Assembly (NCBI RefSeq): GCF_006345805.1
Contig: NW_021826888.1
Location: forward strand, 1-11,725
Origin: Octopus sinensis
Taxonomy: Eukaryota
Length of the DNA: 11,725 nucleotides
Reading direction: 5' to 3'
In this document: piece by piece, positions 1-7,476 of the stretch
How the letters are laid out: every line of letters starts with the position of its first letter
Numbering within the stretch: position 1 is the stretch's first letter
Made by a program: the position numbers and the translations under genes
Notes under the pieces: generated by a model
Databases searched by the model: none
Seen by the model: only the letters and a program-made list of their open reading frames with translations
Told to the model about the DNA's origin: nothing

Positions 1-56
1 ACAGGATACACTTCTACTACCACAAATACATTTCTTTGATTAAAGTTAATTTTAAT

Positions 57-101
57 CACACACGTACACACACACAACACACACACAGACACACAGACAC
101 A

Positions 102-166
<65 letters not shown>

Positions 167-180
167 ACGCACAAACACGC
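57..180. repeat. (CA)n microsatellite
   Basis: Long CA run with a few CAGA interruptions; explains ORF 36..365. Confidence 0.97.
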
Positions 181-919
181 ACAAAAACCAATTTTTTTCT
201 TCCGCTCTCTGTCTAGCTTACTATTCCTCGCACATACATTTAGAGCATTTCACACACATACAAATACACATATACGTTTATATACCAAATATAAAACACA
301 TGTCATTCTCCGTTTTACACAACACAAACGCATACATATGTTCATACACACACGCATTCATATAAACATACTCTAAATTTCTTATTAAATTTTCATGCAC
401 GTACGCGCTCCTACGGTCACATTTAGATACAAACATTCATGTATAAATGTATGCGTGCGCGCGTATGTGCATTTACGTATATATACACACGTATATGTAC
501 ACACATACACAAACATACAGACACACAGACACACAAATTTATATATTAATCTGTTGTGTATTTGTGGTACATGTATAATTATTCTTTTTCTTCTGCTGAA
601 AAGTTTCTTGCTGTTATATATGCATACTTCTTTGCTGTATTTATATAATGTCTTGTTTGTTTCTGTCTTAGCATACATTGACTAGCTTTTTCCCAGAGCT
701 TGATAAGCACACTGGCGTCTCCAAAATTGAGTGGTCTCAATGTTAAATGGCGCCAAACCACTATGATATTTCGGGTCATTGACCGAGGAGGAAAAATCAG
801 CTGCAAATATCCCGTGTATCGTGTTTTGACCAAATTTACTGTCCATTAAGTTTTCGTCTAGTTTTCGTTGCTCTACTTTCGACTAATTCTTTGTTTGCGT
901 TATTTATGTTCAACCCTTG

Positions 920-975
920 ATATATATAATATATATATTATATATATATATTATATATATATATATTATATATAT
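920..975. repeat. (TA)n microsatellite
   Basis: Imperfect TA run directly upstream of SINE A copy 1. Confidence 0.95.
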
Positions 976-1368
976 CGCAGGTGACTGTGTGGTAAGTAGC
1001 TGCTAACCAACCACATGGTTCCGGGTTCAATCCCACTGCGTGGCATCTTGGGCAAGTGTCTTCTGCTATAGCCCCGGGCCGACCAATGCCTTGTGAGTGG
1101 ATTTGGTAGACGGAAACTGAAAAGAAGCCTGTCGTATATATGTATATATATATATGTATATGTATGTGTGTGTATATGTTTGTGTGTCTGTGTTTGTCCC
1201 TCTAGCATTGCTTGACAACCGATGCTGGTGTGTTTACGTCCCTGTCACGGTTCGGCAAAAGTGACCGACAGAATAAGTCCCGGGGTCGATTTGCTCGACT
1301 AAAGGCGGTGCTCCAGCATGGCCGCAGTCAAATGACTGAAACAAGTAAAAGAGTAAAAGAGTAAAAGA
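976..1368 (+). mobile_element. tRNA-derived SINE family A, copy 1 (octopus-type)
   Basis: A-box-like GTGACTGTGTGG (981-992), B-box-like GGTTCAATCCC (1024-1034), internal TA/TG microsatellite, (GTAAAAGA)3 tail at 1345-1368; homologous to copies at 4859, 5987 and 8671. Confidence 0.93.
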
Positions 1369-1518
1369 ATATATATATTACGGAGATGTACTTGCATAGC
1401 AAGTGATTTGATCTGAGATCGTGTGCTGGAACGAAAACAATTGCAGCGTGGAAGGTGTTTGTAAGCCATTTAAGAAACACACAAAAGCCGTTTGATTCAC
1501 TTCAACTTTTAAGTCTAA

Positions 1519-1569
1519 TTTGTCAAAATATTTTCGTCGCTATAAGACTGCGACCTGTTCACTGACAAA
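1519..1569 (-). ncRNA. Minimal type I hammerhead ribozyme motif, G3-C8 variant
   Basis: Minus strand: TTTGTCA-GTGAACA-G-GTCGC(AGTCTTATA)GCGAC-GAA-AATATT-T-TGACAAA. 7-bp stem I, 5-bp stem II, palindromic stem III, predicted UUU cleavage after 1526. Confidence 0.78.
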
Positions 1570-1591
1570 AATCCGTGATGCAGCACGGATT

Positions 1592-1642
1592 TTTGTCAGT
1601 GAACAGGTCACGGTCTTAAAGCGACGAAAATATTTTGACAAA
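1592..1642 (+). ncRNA. Minimal type I hammerhead ribozyme motif, G3-C8 variant (mirror copy)
   Basis: TTTGTCA(1592-98) GTGAACA(1599-1605) G GTCAC..GCGAC (one mismatch) GAAA(1626-29) ATATT T(1635) TGACAAA(1636-42). Confidence 0.72.
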
Positions 1643-1749
1643 TTAAACTTAAATGTTGAAGTGAATCGAACGGCTTTTGTGTTTTCTTAAATGGCTTACA
1701 AACACCTTCCACGCTGCAATTGTTTATATATATATATATGTATGTATGT

Positions 1750-1859
1750 ATTCGCCATGTTGGATCGCTGAACTTTACAAGTTTTTCTTATTCTCTCTCT
1801 GCTTATTTTCTCTTATTCATTTCTGTTGAAGAGCGTAGGCTCGAAACGTAAAAGACTTT
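1750..1859 (+). mobile_element. Truncated HHR-bearing repeat fragment (probable Penelope-like pLTR), same family as 4355-4531
   Basis: Pyrimidine-rich leader then TTTCTG(T/T)(T/G)GAAGAG(C/G)GTAGGCTCGAAAC...AAAGACTTT, shared with 4405-4443. Confidence 0.65.
1820..1853 (+). ncRNA. Degenerate minimal hammerhead motif (A6 to U)
   Basis: TTT-CTGTTGA-A-GAGC(GTAG)GCTC-GAA-ACGT-A-AAA; stem III palindrome ACGT, GUA triplet, 3-bp stem I. Confidence 0.55.
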
Positions 1860-1942
1860 AAAAAAATTTTCCCTAGTGCCAAGTGTCTATCTCCCTCTTC
1901 CTTCCCCTCTCCCTCCCTCCTTTTCTCTCTTTCTATCTAGAC

Positions 1943-2487
1943 CAGGGGTCATCAAACTATAGCCTGCGAAGTCAGTTCATCCGGCCCGCTGTTGCATTGT
2001 ACCTTTTGTGTAAATACCTGTAATAAAAGTTCATTTGCCTCAGGTATGGCATCAGTGTTTGGAACAACTTATGACTGTGAGCAAACGACGTATGTGAAGT
2101 CAGCACATCGAACAAGCTTGACTGAGGAACATTTCAAAGCAATTCTCTTGGTTGGATGCAGTAATTCCAAAGCAATTCTCTTGGATGGATGCAGCAATTC
2201 CAAAGCAAATATTAATGATATCTTAAAAGCTAAACACCAGTTTCACAAATCTTACTAATCCTTTTTGCTGCTTAGTTTGTGAGATTCGGGTATGTGCGCA
2301 CTGGGGGTGATATAGCCACTTTATTGCTAACGTCGTCTTCTTTGATAACTTTTTGGTGAATAAATATGTTGGTTGTCTTTATTTTTTGTGTATTCACTGT
2401 ATTGTATTGAACAAAAAGGTTATGCGGCCCGCGCTCGGCGTTCACTTAGTTATCAGGTCCGCCGTGAAAAAGGTTTGGTGACCCCTG
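1943..2487 (+). mobile_element. Non-autonomous hAT DNA transposon (Charlie/Buster/SPIN-like)
   Basis: TIRs CAGGGGTCATCAAAC / GTTTGGTGACCCCTG (14/15 match); degenerate 8-bp TSD ATCTAGAC (1935-42) vs AACTAAAC (2488-95), fitting the NTCTAGAN target preference; GGCCCGC subterminal motifs; internal transposase remnant. Confidence 0.9.
2010..2258 (+). pseudogene. C-terminal hAT transposase remnant (dimerisation-domain region)
   Basis: FASGMASVFGTTYDCEQ..KSAHRTSLTEEHF resembles the Buster/SPIN motif FGSTYxCEQxFS..KS.HRS.LTD.HL; no upstream domains; internal 33-bp duplication. Confidence 0.82.
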
Positions 2488-2662
2488 AACTAAACGTTAA
2501 TGGAACAATTTCTTCATAGGTCTGCTCGATCAGGCAAAATTTAGAACTAAACTACTTCTTCACCGTTTTGTTTGTATGTTCTTTATTAGAATTGGAACAA
2601 TGGTATGTATAAATGCCCTTCTGTTCCATTCATTTAATGTCACATCTCATTCACATGCTTCT

Positions 2663-2711
2663 CATTCACTCTTCCCTCTCTACCACTCTCTCTTCCTCTC
2701 TTTGTATCTGG

Positions 2712-2744
<33 letters not shown>

Positions 2745-2755
2745 CCTTTCTCTCT
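2663..2755. repeat. CT-rich / (TC)n simple repeat
   Basis: Pyrimidine tract with a pure (CT)n core around 2712-2734. Confidence 0.9.
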
Positions 2756-2859
2756 CAAGCACACATACGCGAACGCCTTTAGCTACACTGAAGTATCTGT
2801 GAACCCATTGTAAATGCACAAGGAAAATAGATATGCGTATATTATCCGTATATAAAGTA

Positions 2860-2860
<1 letters not shown>

Positions 2861-2900
<40 letters not shown>

Positions 2901-3009
2901 TATATATATATATATATAGATAATATATATATATATATATATATGTTTAATATAGAGATATCTATAGTATATATATAGATATATATATATTGTATATATA
3001 TATGTATAG

Positions 3010-3041
<32 letters not shown>

Positions 3042-3166
3042 ATGTTATATATATATGTATGTATATATATATATATGTATATATATATATTAATATATAT
3101 ATATATATATACTAGATATATATATATATATATATATATGCATGTATATATATATGTATATATATT
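2861..3166. repeat. Long imperfect (TA)n microsatellite
   Basis: About 300 bp of TA with scattered G. Confidence 0.97.
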
Positions 3167-3276
3167 ATGCTTTCACACACGCACACAAAAACACATACCA
3201 AGTGAAAAGGAAAAAATAATTTTGATTCAATTAACATAAAAAAAAGAATGAATGGGCGGGCGAATTCAACGACGTA

Positions 3277-3284
3277 TGTGCGTG

Positions 3285-3327
<43 letters not shown>
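3277..3327. repeat. (TG)n microsatellite
   Basis: TG run. Confidence 0.95.
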
Positions 3328-3329
<2 letters not shown>

Positions 3330-3371
3330 TATGTTTATAAATGCCCAATACAAGTATGGAAAAGTAACAGT

Positions 3372-3478
3372 ATATGTATGTATCTCTCTCTCCCTCTCTA
3401 TAATATATATATATATATATATATATTGATGTATATATATATATTATATAATTACACATACCCCCCCACATATATATG
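3372..3478. repeat. Compound (TATG)/(TC)n/(TA)n simple repeat
   Basis: Adjacent dinucleotide runs. Confidence 0.88.
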
Positions 3479-4000
3479 TGCACATTTCTGTATATGCACA
3501 AAGCAAGGTGTACATATGCATAAAAGCTCATGCAAGTACATATAAAAAGGAATAATACCAAAACATGCATACACACATCGAAAACCCTATTTTTAAGATG
3601 CACTCTCTATATATATTTTTAAAACTGATAATAAAAAAGTCAAATACCTAAAATGAAAAGTAGAAACCAAAAAAAAAAAAACAAAAATTAAACGATAAAA
3701 ATAAAAAAGATGAGTATAGAAATTAAAGAAAGAACGGAAGGAAGAAAAGAAAGAAAGAAAGAATGTTACCATTGATATTTCGAAACGATCTTAATTCAAT
3801 TATATGTCCTGCTAGCAATCACCTAATAATAAATAACTTATTTTTCTTACAATGTAAAAGTGAATACATACTGCAAAAGACATCAATTTAAAATTAGGAA
3901 TTCAAAATTAGATGTAAAATAACTACTTTCATTCAATTCTGAGAACTAATGAAAAGTGGATGCCTTCTATTCATTGGCTGCTCTCTTCTTCCATTCCATC

Positions 4001-4053
4001 TATTCCAGTGTATTCCAGTGTATTCCACTGTATTCTACTGTATTCCTGTGTAT
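4001..4053. repeat. 10-bp tandem repeat (TATTCCAGTG) x5
   Basis: tattccagtg tattccagtg tattccactg tattctactg tattcctgtg tat. Confidence 0.93.
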
Positions 4054-4354
4054 CTCTCTGCTGGAGATGACACGTTTGTGGAATTTTGGCGTGGATTACA
4101 ACGCATGCAAGCGACCATATTAATGTATGTGTGTAATGCATGCATAGAAATAAGTACTCATTTTAGGAATTCAAAAGAATTTAAAAGTACACGCACGTAT
4201 GCACACGTGCAAGCACACATTTAATAAATAAAGATAAGAGTAATTTCGAAGCTTTGCCGATGAACAGGTTTATAAGTTAACCACAGGTATATGAAACACC
4301 CACGCAAATGTATAATATACACACACACGCACACATATGTATTTGTGTGTGTAT

Positions 4355-4528
4355 ATACATATCTCTTTATTTTTCTCTATTTTCTCTCCTTGTTTCTATG
4401 TTCCTTTCTGTGGAAGAGGGTAGGCTCGAAACTTTAAAGACTTTTTCACTTCCCGAGCGTTATAGTAATACATCTGTTGGTTGTCTACACCACCTGTCTT
4501 CGTCTTTTGTTTTGTTTTTGTGAATTCT

Positions 4529-4531
<3 letters not shown>
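4355..4531 (+). mobile_element. HHR-bearing repeat 3' fragment (probable Penelope-like pLTR) joined to (TA)n
   Basis: Homologous to 1750-1859; ends GAATTCTCCC immediately before the TA run at 4532-4570. Confidence 0.68.
4404..4439 (+). ncRNA. Decayed minimal hammerhead motif
   Basis: CTTT-CTGTGGA-A-GAGG(GTAG)GCTC-GAA-ACTT-T-AAAG; stem I intact, stems II and III mutated; probably inactive. Confidence 0.45.

Positions 4532-4570
<39 letters not shown>
4532..4570. repeat. (TA)n microsatellite between two convergent HHR-bearing fragments
   Basis: Pure TA run. Confidence 0.97.
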
Positions 4571-4571
<1 letters not shown>

Positions 4572-4574
<3 letters not shown>

Positions 4575-4855
4575 GAGGTTTTGGTATCCAGAAGATCCAG
4601 AAGGCAGGTAAGGCTATGTAAGTGCTGCGGAAGGTCCGCTGTTAGACTCCCGGTTCGATAATAGTATGAGTGAGGAGACTGAGGCGAGTCGTGTGTGAGC
4701 GTGTATAGGTTAAATAAAATGAGACAACAAAGCTAAGGCAGTGCAAAATTTCTAGAACATTTTTATAAAGAGAAATGTAGTCTTACAGCTGTTTCAGAGA
4801 TATAAAAGATATCCCATCGTCAGATGCAATATTAGAGAGTTTAATGGAAGAAAAT
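4572..4855 (-). mobile_element. Probable Penelope-like terminal fragment carrying a hammerhead motif
   Basis: Non-simple sequence ending (minus strand) at the TA run and containing a canonical HHR core; left boundary clear, right boundary approximate. Confidence 0.55.
4780..4827 (-). ncRNA. Minimal hammerhead motif with canonical core
   Basis: Minus strand: CTGACGA(4823-4817)-T-GGGATAT(CTTTT)ATATCTC-T-GAA-ACAGCTGT-A; 7-bp stem II, 8-nt palindromic stem III, GUA triplet; stem I degenerate (GCAT vs AGAC). Confidence 0.68.
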
Positions 4856-4858
4856 AGT

Positions 4859-5128
4859 AGCCACAGGAGTGGCTGTGTGGTAAGTAGCTTGCTTACCAAC
4901 TACATGGTTCCGGGTTCAGTCCCACTGCGTGGCACTTTGGGCAAGTGTCTTCTACTATAGCCTCGGGCCGACCAATGCCTTGTGAGTGGATTTGGTAGAC
5001 GGAAACTGAAAGAAGCCTGTCGTATATATGTATATATATAAATGTGTGTGTCTGTGTTTGCCCCCTAGCATTGCTTGACAACCGATGCTGGTGTGTTTAT
5101 GTCCCCGTTACTTAGCGGTTCGGCAAAA
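4859..5128 (+). mobile_element. SINE family A, copy 2 (3'-truncated)
   Basis: GGAGTGGCTGTGTGG head, GGTTCAGTCCC B-box, homology stops at CGGCAAAA. Confidence 0.93.
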
Positions 5129-5412
5129 CATGTGTGTATGTGTGTACATATCCATGCATATGCGTGTAGACAGAAAACAAATAAAATTATGAGGGAAGGA
5201 GAAAAGCAAAGGAATATTATATGGAACCAAATAATCGAAACACCTGACTGAAAACGTGTAGAAATATAAACGAAAAGGAGAATCGGGAAGTGTAGAGTAA
5301 AATAATTTTTAAAAAAAGGCCAAAGGGGAAACGCCCCAATGACATCCGTTTACGTAACAAGCTTATATCCGTACAAATAAACACATATAAACACAAATGT
5401 ACATATTACATT

Positions 5413-5414
<2 letters not shown>

Positions 5415-5451
<37 letters not shown>
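5415..5451. repeat. (TA)n microsatellite
   Basis: Pure TA run. Confidence 0.96.
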
Positions 5452-5455
<4 letters not shown>

Positions 5456-5523
5456 TCCAATGAATTTAGGTAAATAATCCTTCGAACAGACGATCGGCAG
5501 CGACGCCTGCTGGATTTGGATGC

Positions 5524-5566
5524 TCTACATTGATAAGGGGCAAATATCCTGAAACTACTCTGTAGA
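5524..5566 (+). ncRNA. Minimal hammerhead-like motif, U3-A8 variant
   Basis: TCTACA-TTGATAA-GGGG(CAAATA)TCCT-GAA-ACTACT-C-TGTAGA; perfect 6-bp stem I; stem III is one base from palindrome ACTAGT; stem II weak (2 GU). Confidence 0.55.
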
Positions 5567-5594
5567 AAGGCGGCGAGCTGGCAGAAACGTTAGC
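5567..5594 (+). mobile_element. SINE family B 5' head fragment
   Basis: AAGGCGGCGAGCTGGCAGAAACGTTAGC matches the 5' end of the minus-strand element ending at 8663 (27/28). Confidence 0.8.
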
Positions 5595-5599
5595 GAAAT

Positions 5600-5801
5600 C
5601 TCTTGAGCACCACCAGCAAAAAAATGTTTTTCCTCTGTCTTCCCTTCTCGGGATCTTTCCTTCTCCTTTTTTTCCGACGAAGAGCTCCGCTCGAAACGTT
5701 AAACCCCCCTTCCCTTCTTTCCTGAGGGTCAAATAATACTTTAATTGTTCCACGTCCTCGCGTTGCTGTGTTTTTTTCTGTGTTTTCTTGTTTGGATTAA
5801 C
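5600..5801 (+). mobile_element. HHR-bearing repeat 3' fragment joined to (TA)n; distant relative of 4355-4531
   Basis: Pyrimidine leader, HHR motif, TTCCTGAGGGTC..TAATAC similar to TTCCCGAGCGTT..TAATAC at 4449-4470; ends GGATTAAC before TA run. Confidence 0.62.
5671..5703 (+). ncRNA. Minimal hammerhead motif (U4 to C)
   Basis: TTT-CCGACGA-A-GAGC(TCC)GCTC-GAA-ACGT-T-AAA. Confidence 0.6.
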
Positions 5802-5980
5802 TATATATATATATATAATATATATAAATACATACATACATAAATAAACATGCATGCATGTACATATCAATATACATATCTATATGTGTGGTTGTGGGTG
5901 TACGGATATATATTTATATGTATGTGTATATGTGTATGCATATATATGTATATGTATGTATATATATATGTATACATACA
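5802..5980. repeat. Mixed TA/TG/TACA simple repeat
   Basis: Alternating purine-pyrimidine low-complexity tract. Confidence 0.9.
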
Positions 5981-5986
5981 TACCTT

Positions 5987-6405
5987 CTTTTATTCTTCTA
6001 TTCTTTTACTTGTTTCTATCATTTGAGTGCGGCCATGCTGGAGCACAGCCTTGAAGGGTGTTTTTAGTCGGACAAGTCGACTCCAGGAGTTAGCTTTTTA
6101 AACCTAGTATTTACTCTATCGGTCTCATTTGCCGAACCGCTAGATTTCGGGGACGTAAACACACTAACACCGGTAGTCAAGCGGTGATGGGGTGGGGGGC
6201 GGCAAACGCAAACACAAAGACACGCACACGTACATACATACATACATACATACGTACATACATACATACCAAATCCACTCACAAGTATTTGGCCGGCTTG
6301 AGGCTACAGTAGAAGACATTTGCCCAAGGTATCACGCAGTGGGTCTGAAACCGGAACCATGTGGTTGGAAAGCAAGCTTCTTACCACACAGCCACACCAG
6401 CGCCT
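5987..6405 (-). mobile_element. SINE family A, copy 3 (divergent subfamily, internal deletion)
   Basis: Minus-strand head AGGCGCTGGTGTGGCTGTGTGGTAAG, degenerate tail at 5987-6010, internal (TACA)n, lacks the GACGGGCTTC...CGTC block seen in copy 4. Confidence 0.9.
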
Positions 6406-7476
6406 ATCCACACAGCCATATATTCGTATATGTGGATTATAACACTTTCTTAACTCACCCAGAGTAAATTCTGTTGCATTTTTATAAGGCTGCAAATCTT
6501 TTCTTTACAAATCACACGACAGTAATTTAAGTCTTCCGAACCGTAAAGTTACTTCGAGACCTGCGGCTCTCTACTGAGTATCTATGAATTTTTTCTTTAC
6601 GACTTCGTTCTGTTGTCATTTTTATAGCTATTTTGGGTTAAGCCAGTTTATTATACTTTATCACCCGATCTTACAGAGCTGTTGTTGATATTTATATTGA
6701 TAGTTGGTCTGTGATCACCTCTTGCGTTGGAATTTAATACGTCAATAGAGGATGTCCTGCAATTATCGTCTGTTGATGTCCGGTTACTGACATTAGATAT
6801 TTTGTCCAGGTTTTCACTCATTCTCTCTTTTTTTTTCTGAATATACATGATGGTTTATCTCAATGTTATGTATTTTAGAGAATTTAGTTTCTCGGTTTCC
6901 ATTTATTTAGATCTTAAGCTGATATCATTTTCTCACTGATAGATATTCGCTATCTTTTCAGGATATATATTTTTTGCCTGTGGCAATGGCAGTTCAGCGC
7001 TGTGAGAGATAACACATTTGTATTAAGAACAACTCTTTCTACATAGTGAATACCTCTGATGAATCTGCAATCTAGAATGTTCCTATAACTTCGGTAGTTT
7101 TATACACGTGTGTGTCAGAAAGTTGATACAAGCTATACAAGTTTTATGTTTTTTTTTTCGCCCTTGAGTCTCATCCAAACCCAGTGATTTAAATCATTTC
7201 GTTTTCATTTGGATCTTTGCATGAAACATCAGCAAAACTTACTTTAGGTTAGGAGCTGAATGTAATACTGTTTTTTTCTCAACCTGTTGTAAATATTACA
7301 CTGGTATATTGTGGCACAATTTGCACATCTAATCCTGTTTGAATATTTCAGTGTCGTCTACTTGCCTAAAGATTACGAACGTATTTATTTCCTTCAGGCA
7401 AATTCGATAATACGATGATAAAACTAACCGCGTTTCATTGCATGGGATTTGTTACATATAATAACATTGCCAGCAG

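Larger units (their letters stand above)
1379..1725. mobile_element. Palindromic repeat element (arms 1435-1580 / 1581-1725) plus unmirrored 1379-1434 tail; probable inverted terminal (pLTR) fragment of a Penelope-like element
   Basis: Arms are reverse complements with about 7 substitutions and 1 indel; TA runs on both sides; HHR motif in each arm. Palindrome is directly visible; Penelope assignment is inference. Confidence 0.75.

Noticed and set aside
36-685. ORFs 36..365, 385..678, 395..685
   Set aside because: Translations of CA/TG-rich simple sequence (HT, CV, YI runs).
762-800. Partial hammerhead-like motif on the minus strand (GGTCA-A-TGACC-C-GAAATATC)
   Set aside because: CUGAU is separated from stem II by about 10 extra nt, G8/A9 are absent and no stem I pairs. 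The 680-919 block may still be a repeat fragment.
966-1208. ORFs 966..1208, 4893..5081, 6064..6282, 6192..6467 with recurring peptide motifs
   Set aside because: They are SINE A sequence; such peptides are common spurious gene predictions.
3036-3603. ORFs rich in YI/HT
   Set aside because: Microsatellite translations.
3894-4176. 14-bp direct repeat TTAGGAATTCAAAA (3894, 4163)
   Set aside because: AT-rich, plausibly chance; no element features between the copies.
4257-4300. CCGATGA...GAAAC hammerhead-like spacing
   Set aside because: No coherent stem II adjacent to GAAA and no stem I or III.
5466-5870. 134-aa minus-strand ORF
   Set aside because: Antisense to the HHR/SINE composite and starts in a microsatellite; no recognisable domain.
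7056-7085. CTGATGA heptamer
   Set aside because: No downstream stem II or GAAA.
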